Below, one piece after another: positions 18,673 through 28,516 of a DNA stretch of 64,000 bases. How positions within the stretch are numbered: position 1 is the first letter of the stretch; each line of letters opens with the position of its first letter. A program made the translations under genes and the position numbers. Origin of the DNA: an uncultured virus (IMG/VR IMGVR_UViG_3300009159_000038). Taxonomy: Duplodnaviria > Heunggongvirae > Uroviricota > Caudoviricetes. The DNA lies in the IMG/VR virus record IMGVR_UViG_3300009159_000038, positions 1 to 64,000 of that record; one strand, given 5' to 3'. The notes below the pieces were generated by a model. It ran no database searches, was not told the DNA's origin, and was given only the letters and a program-made list of their open reading frames with translations.

Positions 18673-19935
18673 ATGGCTACTGGACCATACACCAATTCGT
18701 TAAACTTTCGTTTAAACCGAACAAAACCTCTAAATTATACAGATTTAGATAATAACTTTAGATATCCAAATCAATGGGGACTCGATCGATCATATCTGTC
18801 AGGTATGATGGTTGTTTCGTATGATTTTGGTTATACTGCATCAGATTCAATATCTATGTATATTGCTTCTAGCGATCATACGAGTACTATGCTTAATGCT
18901 CCAGGATTAACTGGTGCTCAATGGACTGCAATTGCAGTTCCTAGTGCTGGATATGTTGGTCCAACCGGACCTCAAGGTGGAATTGGTGCTCAAGGTGCTG
19001 GATCTCAAGGATCTCAAGGTCCTCAAGGTTATCAAGGTGTTACCGGTTTTCAAGGAGTTCAAGGATCTCAAGGAGCTACTGGTATTCAAGGACATACTGG
19101 ATATCAAGGGGTTCAAGGTACTAAAGGAGATCAAGGTTTTAAAGGAGATCAAGGATTCCAAGGAGCTCAAGGTTATACTGGTAATAAAGGAGATCAAGGT
19201 TTTCAAGGTATTCAAGGAACTGTAGGTAATCAAGGATTCCAAGGAGCTCAAGGAGAACAAGGAGATCAAGGTAACTCTATTACTGGATCTCAAGGAGATC
19301 AAGGATTTCAGGGAGATCAAGGATTTCAGGGAGATCAAGGTACTAAAGGAGATCAAGGTATTCAAGGTATTACTGGGCCAGGAGTTGGGTCTCAAGGACC
19401 TACTGGTTTCCAAGGTATTCAAGGAGCTAAAGGAGATCAAGGATTTCAAGGTATTCAAGGATCTAAAGGAGATCAAGGATTTACTGGATTTCAGGGTAAT
19501 CAAGGACCTACCGGTTTCCAAGGTAATCGAGGTAATCAAGGATATCAAGGAGATCAAGGTTATCAGGGATATCAAGGTTATCAGGGATATCAAGGAGATC
19601 AAGGATTTCAAGGATTCGATACAGCATATGCTGCTATAAATAATCAAGTTTCTAGTTACACATTAGTGTTAGCCGATGCTGGTAAATTAGTGGAAATAGA
19701 TAATGCCGCATCTTCAATTCTTACGGTTCCTTTGAATGCATCGGTTGCTTTTCCTGTAGGTACTCAAATTATTATTGCTAGACTTGGTACTGGTGAGGTG
19801 AGCGTTGTTGGTACTGGTGGTGTAACGGTTGTTAGTGCAAATTCATTTACATTCTTAAATAATCGATACTCATCTGCATCTCTCATAAAAAGAGGTACCA
19901 ATGCATGGTATCTATTTGGAGATCTTAAACCTTAA
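18673..19935 (+). CDS. Collagen-like tail fibre/decoration protein
   Basis: N-terminal LNYTDLDNNF, long G-X-Q array (about 18958-19615), C-terminal YTLVLADAGKLV..FPVGTQI..WYLFGDL. Confidence 0.85.
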   Translation: MATGPYTNSLNFRLNRTKPLNYTDLDNNFRYPNQWGLDRSYLSGMMVVSYDFGYTASDSISMYIASSDHTSTMLNAPGLTGAQWTAIAVPSAGYVGPTGPQGGIGAQGAGSQGSQGPQGYQGVTGFQGVQGSQGATGIQGHTGYQGVQGTKGDQGFKGDQGFQGAQGYTGNKGDQGFQGIQGTVGNQGFQGAQGEQGDQGNSITGSQGDQGFQGDQGFQGDQGTKGDQGIQGITGPGVGSQGPTGFQGIQGAKGDQGFQGIQGSKGDQGFTGFQGNQGPTGFQGNRGNQGYQGDQGYQGYQGYQGYQGDQGFQGFDTAYAAINNQVSSYTLVLADAGKLVEIDNAASSILTVPLNASVAFPVGTQIIIARLGTGEVSVVGTGGVTVVSANSFTFLNNRYSSASLIKRGTNAWYLFGDLKP

Positions 19936-19950
19936 TAAATTTAAAACGAT

Positions 19951-20679
19951 ATGATAATTGGATCTATAGGAACTGTTAGTTCTACTTGGGAACCACCAAT
20001 ACCTATGAGTGGTTTAATGGAATGGTATGAACCTGGTAATACGGCCGGTATTATCATTGCCAATCCACCGACCACGCCTATGGATGAGATGATAAACCTT
20101 GCTAATCCAACAGGCTCACCAAAATATCAACAATTATTTGTTTCTGAATTTGGAAGTGATTTACTTGGAGCTACCACGATAACAACAAATGCAACTTCGA
20201 ATAGTTGGAGTAATTCAACGGATTGGAGTTCTATGACTGCATATACAGTAATTATCATATCTAAATATAACGATCCATCAAATAATCTAGAAAATACTTT
20301 TACAAACTTAGGTGGACCAGTCACGTTTAACTTAGGTAATGGTAATAATGGTGGTCATGGAAAAATAAATTTATGTATAGTCAATGGAGATGTTTTATAC
20401 GCAGGAGATGCCGCCGATATACTTTGGGGAATGTATACTTTATGCGGTAGCACAACCATTAAATTAAATTTTTATAGAAATGCGAATCCAACTTCAATTC
20501 TAAGTCCACCTGCTAATTTCCGACCTCTTCCCGGAGGAACCCTGATTTTTTCATTTGATCCACCTGAAACATCTTCGTCGGTTGGTGCGGTTTTGCTCTA
20601 TAATAGAATAATAACCGATGATGAAAGAAATTCGATATTTCAACATTATAAGAAACAATTTCCTTTATCTGATACTTAA
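19951..20679 (+). CDS. Putative fibre-associated LamG/ConA-like protein
   Basis: PMSGLMEWY near N-terminus and VGAVLLYNRIITDDE near C-terminus. Confidence 0.5.
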   Translation: MIIGSIGTVSSTWEPPIPMSGLMEWYEPGNTAGIIIANPPTTPMDEMINLANPTGSPKYQQLFVSEFGSDLLGATTITTNATSNSWSNSTDWSSMTAYTVIIISKYNDPSNNLENTFTNLGGPVTFNLGNGNNGGHGKINLCIVNGDVLYAGDAADILWGMYTLCGSTTIKLNFYRNANPTSILSPPANFRPLPGGTLIFSFDPPETSSSVGAVLLYNRIITDDERNSIFQHYKKQFPLSDT

Positions 20680-20687
20680 CATACAAC

Positions 20688-20719
20688 AAAAGCTCTAGAA
20701 ATTAATCTAGAGCTTTTTT
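20688..20719. terminator. Bidirectional intrinsic terminator
   Basis: AAAAGCTCTAGA-AATTAA-TCTAGAGCTTTT between a convergent CDS and the tmRNA. Confidence 0.8.
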
Positions 20720-20733
20720 CATTTAAGTGGAAG

Positions 20734-21169
20734 TGGAGCTGGAGGGAATCGAACCCTCGTCTTGTTCAGCTAATACTAAGAATTCATTTACAGGCTTAGT
20801 TTGGTTTATGACACCAACAAACTTTTGTGCATTTCGTTTTTCTTGTTGACTTAATGCTCGGTCAAGTTTACTCTTCGGTATAAGCCGAATTTCACAGAAC
20901 AATTAACAGCGATCTTAATGGGTTACTGATTGTTCTCGGATGGTACTACTAACCCTTTTTCCCGGTGTGCACATTTTTTTAATATCAGTAAGTGCGACTG
21001 ATTGGTTAGGCAGCGATAGCTACTTCACCACCAACGAATGCCATAGCATCTTCGAAGGTAAAAGTTGACGTATTGTCAGTTATTGTTTTGATAGGTAATT
21101 TAAGTGTTTCCATCTAACACTGCCTGCATTCAAAGAACTACGACTGCCAATCGATGCCTGGTCAGCCCC
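20734..21169 (-). ncRNA. ssrA: tmRNA (transfer-messenger RNA)
   Basis: 5' GGGGCTG pairs with 3' CAGCTCC-A (G3.U70); T-arm GAGGG-TTCGATT-CCCTC; ATAACT then tag ORF 21077-21006 DNTSTFTFEDAMAFVGGEVAIAA*. Confidence 0.93.
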
Positions 21170-21209
21170 ATATTAATTTGTGTATGTATTATATGTATAC
21201 TACAGAAAC

Positions 21210-21238
21210 AAAAAAAGGAGAGTACGAATACTCTCCTT
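21210..21238 (-). terminator. Intrinsic terminator of the lipoprotein gene
   Basis: AAGGAGAGTA-TTCG-TACTCTCCTT plus T-run on the minus strand. Confidence 0.85.
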
Positions 21239-21260
21239 AATGCGATTGATGTTGGTACAA

Positions 21261-21428
21261 TTACTTAGTAGTAGCAGTATCAACACAAGTGGCTTTGCAA
21301 GTGGTATCAACCGAAGTTGAATCTGTTGCAACCATCGTAGAATCAGTTGCTGTTGCAGTTGATTCAGGAGCATTTCCACAAGAAGCTAAAGCTACCGTTG
21401 CGATTAATGCGAAAATTACGTTTTTCAT
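21261..21428 (-). CDS. 55-aa Bacteroidota-type lipoprotein
   Basis: MKNVIFALIATVALAS-CGNAPESTATATDSTMVATDSTSVDTTCKATCVDTATTK; lipobox LASC; too short for the ORF track. Confidence 0.85.
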   Translation of the reverse strand: MKNVIFALIATVALASCGNAPESTATATDSTMVATDSTSVDTTCKATCVDTATTK

Positions 21429-21493
21429 AAATTAATTATTTTAAATTGTTATAAGATAGTTATATGTAAGCCTAGGTTCGTTAGTTTTGGTAT

Positions 21494-21560
21494 TGTTAAC
21501 AAGTTTCCTAAAATAAATGTTAAAATATTTTTTTATTCCACAAAAAAGTATTATATTTGT
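21494..21560 (+). promoter_or_regulatory. Putative early promoter, copy 3
   Basis: TGTTAACAAGTT at 21494, TATATTTG at 21552-21559; last 32 nt identical to 3145-3176. Confidence 0.75.
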
Positions 21561-21582
21561 TATAACCAATTAAATAAATTAT

Positions 21583-21783
21583 ATGAGCATCACAAAACAA
21601 ATTGAAGAAAAAATCCAAAATGATCCAATCTTTGCAGAATTATACGAACAACACGAATCTGCAAAATTCCATCGTTTACTCAATAAGACAATAAACATTC
21701 AAGAAGCACTATCTAACTTCTTTAATGAAACTCCCATGAACAAAAATGAAAATCCTTCATATAATAAATTACATAACATATAA
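21583..21783 (+). CDS. Hypothetical protein (putative early)
   Basis: ATG directly downstream of promoter copy 3. Confidence 0.6.
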   Translation: MSITKQIEEKIQNDPIFAELYEQHESAKFHRLLNKTINIQEALSNFFNETPMNKNENPSYNKLHNI

Positions 21784-21785
21784 AC

Positions 21786-22094
21786 ATGGGAAATAAACTT
21801 ACAAAATCTGAATCTGAGCAGATAACTGCACTCGCTAAAGAGTTTGCTCAGTTTTGGGAAACCATCAATGAAAGAGAAAGAGAATTGAATAAAATTGATG
21901 AAAGAAAAACGGAAATACAAACCGAACTTGGATATGTTCTTAATAGAATAAATGAAGTTCGTGTAGAAGAGAAAAAATTTACTGATAAATTAAAGAAAAA
22001 ATATGGAAATTGTGAAATCAATATGGAGACGTTTGAAGTCTATCCTATTGCCGAAGAATCGGCTAAATCAAAAAACAACGTACCTAATGTTTAA
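21786..22094 (+). CDS. Coiled-coil hypothetical protein
   Basis: Helical heptads, LKKKYG..EIN ending. Confidence 0.7.
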   Translation: MGNKLTKSESEQITALAKEFAQFWETINERERELNKIDERKTEIQTELGYVLNRINEVRVEEKKFTDKLKKKYGNCEINMETFEVYPIAEESAKSKNNVPNV

Positions 22095-22392
22095 CGTTTT
22101 TCGTTATCCCTATGGTAAAATGTTATCTGCATCTAAATCAGGTTACCGAGAAAAAAATCCAGGAAACGAAGTATTCTTCAATGCAAATATCTTCACCGTG
22201 GAAGATGGCAAAATTTGGTATGGTGATATCGACTATACTAAGGATCGAGAAACTTTAGAGAAGATCGCAACAAAATTGGAACGAAATCTATACATCCTAA
22301 AGGAGTTAGATGGTCGTTTCGAAAACGAAAAAATTGAAGCTAATCAAATTAAGAAAAAAGCTATTAAGCTTATTCAACCTACAAAATTCTAA
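22087..22392 (+). CDS. Hypothetical protein
   Basis: SKSGY..NP...FNAN...KIWYGDID..LKELDGRF; ATG overlaps previous gene. Confidence 0.7.
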   Translation: MFNVFRYPYGKMLSASKSGYREKNPGNEVFFNANIFTVEDGKIWYGDIDYTKDRETLEKIATKLERNLYILKELDGRFENEKIEANQIKKKAIKLIQPTKF

Positions 22393-22396
22393 TAAT

Positions 22397-22975
22397 ATGG
22401 AAGAGTTAGAAGTAAAGAAAAAATACCAATGGACTTCCGGTCCTAGATCCAATCAATTAGAAGTTTATCTTGCAGAAGACGAAACTCATATCTGGTTTGA
22501 AAGTGGTAGAAATGTACAAAAAGAAATGATGGATGTTCAACTTCGACAAATTGAAGATTCGATGTACAATTCATTAGTTGGTGCACAAACTGAACGTGAA
22601 CGTATACAAGGTTTACTAGGAAATGATGCACCATTGACAATGTCAAATATCACTCCTGAGCAATTGGGATTAAATCAACCGGCACATATTGTTGAAGTCG
22701 CACCACCAGCACCTATCAAAGAAGAAAATCCAATTTCTCTTATTCTAGCCAAACAAAAAAAGCTGGAAGTAGTCGATATCAAAATGAATATGCCGGTAGA
22801 AATTCCTTCGGCTAAAGTTTTCGAATTTCTTACAATGATGTTCGATGAAGAAGAAGTACTTGATATTCTATCGGCTAAAATCACAGAGAAATTCTCTACC
22901 GAAGATATCCAAATCATTGTTAGAAATTCAATCATAAAATATTATACAGAAGAAAATAATTCAAAACCAGAATAA
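22397..22975 (+). CDS. Hypothetical protein
   Basis: ATG just after previous stop. Confidence 0.7.
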   Translation: MEELEVKKKYQWTSGPRSNQLEVYLAEDETHIWFESGRNVQKEMMDVQLRQIEDSMYNSLVGAQTERERIQGLLGNDAPLTMSNITPEQLGLNQPAHIVEVAPPAPIKEENPISLILAKQKKLEVVDIKMNMPVEIPSAKVFEFLTMMFDEEEVLDILSAKITEKFSTEDIQIIVRNSIIKYYTEENNSKPE

Positions 22976-22976
22976 T

Positions 22977-23315
22977 ATGAAAAAACCACAATCTCAAGCA
23001 AGAGCACAACGTCGTGCATATGAATCTTTCCTAAAACAAACTAATCCACAAGCTTATAAGCAATGGAAAGCTGAATCTATCGAAAGAGGAAATCAAATAC
23101 ATGAATCTAATGTTGAGGCTGTTCGTAAAGCAGAGGAAGAACATTATGAAAAATTACAAACTTCAATTATTGAATCAATGAGAGCAGATGGAAAATCTGA
23201 TTCTGAAATTGATGCATATGTTGCTGATTGGGTACAAACCATTAAAGTATGGGGTTCCGGAGAAAGACCTAAAAGAATTAGAGAAATTCACCGAGAAAAA
23301 TTAAATAAAGCCTAA
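22977..23315 (+). CDS. Hypothetical protein
   Basis: Tightly packed ORF. Confidence 0.7.
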   Translation: MKKPQSQARAQRRAYESFLKQTNPQAYKQWKAESIERGNQIHESNVEAVRKAEEEHYEKLQTSIIESMRADGKSDSEIDAYVADWVQTIKVWGSGERPKRIREIHREKLNKA

Positions 23316-23656
23316 TGGTTTCTATCGAATTAACTAATGCTTCGAATGGATTAATCAAAAAAATTACAGATACCAATTATAATGGTGCCGGTGAGCGCTT
23401 TGAGGAAGTTATCGTTTATCAGATAGATAATAAAGAACAACGCTTCGAAGTAATCACTGATTTTTTGTATGAGATATCTGCCGATTTAGGTTTAGATCTA
23501 GGAAGCGATTTTTCTTCGGCTCAATTAAAGATTAATGCGGATTGGGGCGAAAATTATAATCCATCTATAAAAGAGATCGATGATAAAATCAAAGAGTTAC
23601 AAGAAGTAACTAAATTTCTTAAGTCTATTAGGAAATCAAAAGAAGGAAATATATAA
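23315..23656 (+). CDS. Hypothetical protein
   Basis: TAATG stop-start coupling. Confidence 0.7.
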   Translation: MVSIELTNASNGLIKKITDTNYNGAGERFEEVIVYQIDNKEQRFEVITDFLYEISADLGLDLGSDFSSAQLKINADWGENYNPSIKEIDDKIKELQEVTKFLKSIRKSKEGNI

Positions 23657-23659
23657 ACA

Positions 23660-24037
23660 ATGCCGATTCAATCAAAAAACGTTTTTCTTGTCAAATGCGA
23701 AATAGCTGTGTTTGAATCTCTATTCTCAAAAAAGAAGAATTTAGAGGTTATAAACCATCGAGAAATTCGTGAAAAGATGCAGAATTCGGACTATCAAAAA
23801 TTTGAACCATCTGATGATGTGGTTCAACTTCAAATAATCAAGAAAATAAACACATTCAAGGATTGTAAGAGAACCGAAACTCTATACATTCATCGTGAAA
23901 AAGTTGACAAAGACTTTATCCAAAGAATTAAAGGACTTCTTAAATCCTCTCCGTTTATTATCGAATATCATCTATTACATGATGGTAAAATGGAAAGAGG
24001 GATAAAACGAGAATTCGATACCATCAAAGAAATCTAA
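23660..24037 (+). CDS. Hypothetical protein
   Basis: Tightly packed ORF. Confidence 0.7.
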   Translation: MPIQSKNVFLVKCEIAVFESLFSKKKNLEVINHREIREKMQNSDYQKFEPSDDVVQLQIIKKINTFKDCKRTETLYIHREKVDKDFIQRIKGLLKSSPFIIEYHLLHDGKMERGIKREFDTIKEI

Positions 24038-24038
24038 A

Positions 24039-24578
24039 ATGATAACATCTAATATCCTAGATAAAAAATCAATTTGTCATGGATTTATTTCATCCACAAG
24101 TAAGCCAGATGTTTTGATTCCTTTTAAAGGAATTATAGAAGATATTCAATTTCATGAAAACTTTCCCAGATATTCTATTCGAATTATCAAGTTTTACGAT
24201 AACATATACTTCTTAAAAGAATTTTTGACTGATGGATTCTATCAACAAAAATTTGAAGGAAAACCAAAATCTGTTACAATTCCTGCTTCGATAAAAACCG
24301 TTCCTGATCTCGAATCTTGGATAGTCTCTTGCCGATTTGTGGTTGAGAGTAACTTTGTCGTAAAGACTAAAAATGAAATGGTAGAGATATTCACAAAGCT
24401 TCAAGAGTATCTAATTGCAAAAGCCTATCGAGAGATTCAACAATTCTCGGTAAGATCTTTATTAGAATCTCCTCTTAAGCTAGAATCAAAAGTTGAACTT
24501 AAGGCTAGAATTAAGCGAATGTACGGAGATAAGTTCAAATCGATCGAAGATCTCGATTCTTTCTTGGATTGCATATAG
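24039..24578 (+). CDS. Hypothetical protein
   Basis: Tightly packed ORF. Confidence 0.7.
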   Translation: MITSNILDKKSICHGFISSTSKPDVLIPFKGIIEDIQFHENFPRYSIRIIKFYDNIYFLKEFLTDGFYQQKFEGKPKSVTIPASIKTVPDLESWIVSCRFVVESNFVVKTKNEMVEIFTKLQEYLIAKAYREIQQFSVRSLLESPLKLESKVELKARIKRMYGDKFKSIEDLDSFLDCI

Positions 24579-24623
24579 TCTAAGATGGAATGAGAATATA
24601 TAATAAAATAGTATTCACAAATT

Positions 24624-26369
24624 ATGGCAAATGGTAGTACCCCACAGAATATAAATGCAACCGAGTATTATGGTATTGTTGGTGCACCGGAAAATGGTGG
24701 AAAAGCAATAATCGGTTCTTTCTATGATGGAACCTATGATTGGCCAGCACCAAAACCGGTAAAGGCTCAAGGACAAGAAATTACATCTTCTCTTCAAGGC
24801 AGAAAAGCTCCAAGTTCAATATTCAATAGATATGCCATATTTTTCTATAATAATCGAGTTGGATCGGTTGGTACTACAACTGATCAATATCTAGATGATC
24901 CCAAATGGTATACTGATGCAGAAAAGAAGAGAGTTCAAAATCCTACGGCTGCACAAATTATTAAATGGTCAAGAGAAAGTAAACAGGCTAATCAAGCCGA
25001 TTTTGCATGGGAAGATTTCCTTTGGTGTAAGAATTATGGAGTAGTTCCAAATAATTATATGATTACTTTACGTCGTTTTAAGATGCCAGTTAATGATGAT
25101 CTTTTAGATGCTGGAAAAAATCCTGCTCCGGATGTTGGTCGTATGATTGCTTGGGTTGATGGAGAAGCTAATACATGGGAAGCAGTTGGTTTGAAATGGA
25201 CACAAAAATTAAAATGGAAGGATCTTGAATCGAAAGTTAGTGAGGTAACCTCTTCAAGTCAAGCTTCCGGTAATGAAGGTGCCGCTCTTTCGAAAAAGAT
25301 GCCAATCCTCGGAGCTGTCGTACAACAAGGGTCATATTTGTCTCAAAAGGACAATGCACAATCATCTTTAGCCGGAAATAACAAAGGTCAATCATTTGAC
25401 CCATATTCCGATCCATCTAAAATTTATGGAAATATTAATGTAATTGAAAAGATGATTATTAGAGATAGAGGTTTAGACTTTACTCAAGAGATGACTGTCA
25501 AATTTGAATTTGAATTGCGATCTATCGATGGAATAAATCCTAGAATTGCAATGTTAGATTTACTATCAAATGTAATGGTATGCACTTATAATAAAGGTCA
25601 ATGGTGGGGTGGAGAAATTCGTTTTACTGGAGGAGCAAATTCTCGTAACATTAAACCTTTAGGAAATCCTGCGCTATTAGCTTCTGGTGATTATGGTGGA
25701 TATTTAAAATCATTAACCTCTGGAATATCTGAAAGAATTGGTTCATTAACCGGTGGTGCTGGACTTTCTCTTGAAGGTATTGGTAATGCCGCTAAAAATC
25801 TAGGAGGTAATTTGATGGCTAAAATTGCCGGAGGTGCTTTAGATGATATGGGTAGACCGGATCCATCAGCAATGAACGGTATTCAATCTCTTCTAAGCGG
25901 AGCTGATACTGGAGAATGGCATCTTACAGTTGGAAATCCAATGAATCCTATTCTTATGGTAGGTAATCTTGTATTAGATAAAACTGATGTTAAAATACAT
26001 GGTGCATTGGGATTAGATGATTTTCCTACGAAACTAGAAGTTGTATGTACATTAAAACCTGCAAGATCTAGAGATTTAAACGATATTATGGGAATGTTTC
26101 ATAGAGGAGGTAGAACTTATTTAACAAATCCTCCAGCTGCACAAAAATTTGGAGATGGATCGAAACAATTAAATCCAGGAGTTACTCCAAAACATCCTAA
26201 GAAAAATAAAAAATCGCCAAAAGTTGGAAGTGGACAAGATGCACAGAAATTTTATTATGCCGATGCATCATTCTTTTCAAATGATGCTAGAGCTAAGGCT
26301 CGATTCCCTAATCAAACGGATGAAGCTGCAAAAGCAATCCTTCAACAAGTGGCAGGAATGCTAGATTAA
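24624..26369 (+). CDS. Putative baseplate/tail-tube initiator-like structural protein
   Basis: First gene of the structural module; C-terminal WHLTVGNPMNPI..DDFPTKLEVVCTLKP. Confidence 0.45.
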   Translation: MANGSTPQNINATEYYGIVGAPENGGKAIIGSFYDGTYDWPAPKPVKAQGQEITSSLQGRKAPSSIFNRYAIFFYNNRVGSVGTTTDQYLDDPKWYTDAEKKRVQNPTAAQIIKWSRESKQANQADFAWEDFLWCKNYGVVPNNYMITLRRFKMPVNDDLLDAGKNPAPDVGRMIAWVDGEANTWEAVGLKWTQKLKWKDLESKVSEVTSSSQASGNEGAALSKKMPILGAVVQQGSYLSQKDNAQSSLAGNNKGQSFDPYSDPSKIYGNINVIEKMIIRDRGLDFTQEMTVKFEFELRSIDGINPRIAMLDLLSNVMVCTYNKGQWWGGEIRFTGGANSRNIKPLGNPALLASGDYGGYLKSLTSGISERIGSLTGGAGLSLEGIGNAAKNLGGNLMAKIAGGALDDMGRPDPSAMNGIQSLLSGADTGEWHLTVGNPMNPILMVGNLVLDKTDVKIHGALGLDDFPTKLEVVCTLKPARSRDLNDIMGMFHRGGRTYLTNPPAAQKFGDGSKQLNPGVTPKHPKKNKKSPKVGSGQDAQKFYYADASFFSNDARAKARFPNQTDEAAKAILQQVAGMLD

Positions 26370-26370
26370 T

Positions 26371-26964
26371 ATGGTTATTAAATTACTCAATCTGAAAAAT
26401 GAAATGATTCGTAATGGTGAAACCATGGTGGATTTTTTATCAAATAATTTCAAAGTAAATTACTTTGACCCTCAGTTAGAAATAGGTAAAATTATGCTAA
26501 TTGAAGAACGTCACTTATGTAGGTTAGATTTAATCTCATATGAAGCATATGCATCTATTGATTTTGTTGATGTTATAATGAAATTTAATCAAATCACTAA
26601 CCCATTCTCTATGCAGATACATGATTTAATTGTATGTCCTACAAGAGAATCCGCTTCAAGATTCTATCAACAAGAAGCATTACGTAATGATAAATTAATT
26701 CTAGACACTAAAGCATTATTTATAGATCCTAGTAGAGCTAGTCAAAAAGATAAAGCTCGATTAGAACAACTACAAAAAATCGCAGATAAGCGTAAAAATG
26801 GATCGAAAGAAATTAAACCTGCGAATTTACTTAAAGCCGGAGAAGTTCCTTTTATTGCCGATGGTACCGCATTGAGATTTTCACCATATAACTCTAAGGC
26901 TAGACCTTCATTAACGGATTCCACTTCACAGATACCAAAAACCAGTGATAATAGAAACATATGA
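26371..26964 (+). CDS. Baseplate wedge protein, T4 gp53/LysM-like
   Basis: RLDLISYEAY....DVIMKFNQITNPF. Confidence 0.65.
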   Translation: MVIKLLNLKNEMIRNGETMVDFLSNNFKVNYFDPQLEIGKIMLIEERHLCRLDLISYEAYASIDFVDVIMKFNQITNPFSMQIHDLIVCPTRESASRFYQQEALRNDKLILDTKALFIDPSRASQKDKARLEQLQKIADKRKNGSKEIKPANLLKAGEVPFIADGTALRFSPYNSKARPSLTDSTSQIPKTSDNRNI

Positions 26965-28502
26965 GTAATTTTGAAAGAAGTATTGTAACTCTTATAGAAC
27001 CAACTATTAAAGTCGATGCTCTGTTTCTACAGGATTCAGAATCTAAAGAAGCGATTGATAAAAAAAGTTCTGCTGCACCTAGTGGTGATGATAAATTAAA
27101 ACAATCAAATAGACAAGGTTTTACTTCTCCAGTTATCTTTATCAATACGACTAAATTTGAAGAGGCAGAAATAGATAGCTTTGAACTTGATATGTATGGT
27201 CCTGTACCAACAATAAGTTTTTCTATTACTGATGCAACTAGGAAAATGAATATTTCTGGTCCTTTAGATGGTGATGTAATTTCGTTGTATATGAAACCGC
27301 CGGATGATAAGAATCAAAGACCCTTTAGAATGGATTTTGATATAACATCAATGGATCCTTCCGGAGATGCTAATTTTCGTTTTGAAGGATTGATGAAAAT
27401 TCCAGGTTTATATGCCGAAACAAACAAATCATTTCCAAAAGATACTTCATTTAATCATCTACAAGATGTTGCTGAATTTTTAAAAATTGGTTTTGCTTCC
27501 AATGAGACTCTTACTCAAGATAAAATGATTAGACTTTGTCCTTATACAACTTTGAATGAGTTTTTAGATGAAACTGTTAATAGCTCTTATAAAGATGATG
27601 ATTCTTTCTTTTGTTGGTTTATCGATCCATATTACTATTTGAATTTCGTAAACCTAAATAAACAATTTTCATTAGATGATAAAACGGATCCAATCAATAT
27701 AACCAATGGAAATATTGGTTTAGGTTGGGATCAAGGAGAAACAGAAAAATCCGTAAAAGGATCTTTAGTTTTATCGAATAAAAATGATAAAGTCGGAACT
27801 AACGTTTACATAAAAACTTTCTCGTTAGAGAATAATGCCGCGGCAATAGCATTAAGTGAAGGTTATAAAAGATATGCTCAATATTATAATGTAGGTGATG
27901 GTAAGGCTAAAGGCGAATACGTTTCTAATTTTGTAGATCCTTTAACTACTAAAGGAGCAGAAGATAAGCTAATATTAGCTAAAGGAAGAAGAGACGAAGA
28001 TCGATACAAGAAACAAGTTAAATATAAATGGTTAGGTAAACTTTCAGGAGATGTTGATGGAGGAAATATGCATGACAATTTTATATTCTCTGAAGTTCTC
28101 AATCATCAAAATAAGAAAGAAATAACCAAACAATCTTTAAAGATAGAAATGGAACAGGTGAATTTTTACATATATAAATATATGAGAATTCCAATTCTAA
28201 TTTATCAAGGTGCAGAGAATAAAAGTTCATTTAGTAGAGCAGATTCAAGAGATAAAGATTTAGGAGAAAACAAATCAGATGCTGATCCTAATGGTCGTAG
28301 TGATATTCAAGGAAATACTCAAACTGCTCCAGGAGGAAAAGTTGGAGATGACGAAAGAGACGCAATCAAAAACGAATTTTTGAGTGGGTATTATGTAGTT
28401 AGTGGAATGAAATATAAATGGACTTCTCCTGGACCAATAAGCATGGAAATGACTCTTCTTCGTAGAGAATGGCCAATACCAGCTAAGTTGAAAAATTATT
28501 AA
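26961..28502 (+). CDS. Putative baseplate hub protein (gp27-like)
   Basis: Position upstream of the spike gene; C-terminal LSGYYVVSGMKY...MTLLRREW. Confidence 0.55.
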   Translation: MSNFERSIVTLIEPTIKVDALFLQDSESKEAIDKKSSAAPSGDDKLKQSNRQGFTSPVIFINTTKFEEAEIDSFELDMYGPVPTISFSITDATRKMNISGPLDGDVISLYMKPPDDKNQRPFRMDFDITSMDPSGDANFRFEGLMKIPGLYAETNKSFPKDTSFNHLQDVAEFLKIGFASNETLTQDKMIRLCPYTTLNEFLDETVNSSYKDDDSFFCWFIDPYYYLNFVNLNKQFSLDDKTDPINITNGNIGLGWDQGETEKSVKGSLVLSNKNDKVGTNVYIKTFSLENNAAAIALSEGYKRYAQYYNVGDGKAKGEYVSNFVDPLTTKGAEDKLILAKGRRDEDRYKKQVKYKWLGKLSGDVDGGNMHDNFIFSEVLNHQNKKEITKQSLKIEMEQVNFYIYKYMRIPILIYQGAENKSSFSRADSRDKDLGENKSDADPNGRSDIQGNTQTAPGGKVGDDERDAIKNEFLSGYYVVSGMKYKWTSPGPISMEMTLLRREWPIPAKLKNY

Positions 28503-28516
28503 AATAAAAGAAAGAA

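Noticed and set aside
18907..19647. Minus-strand 246-aa ORF and alternate-frame ORFs
   Set aside because: Shadows of the G-X-Q repeat in 18673-19935
20734..20765. tRNA-like T-arm and acceptor end
   Set aside because: No adjacent anticodon or D arm; its pairing partner lies about 430 nt away, so it is the tmRNA 3' end
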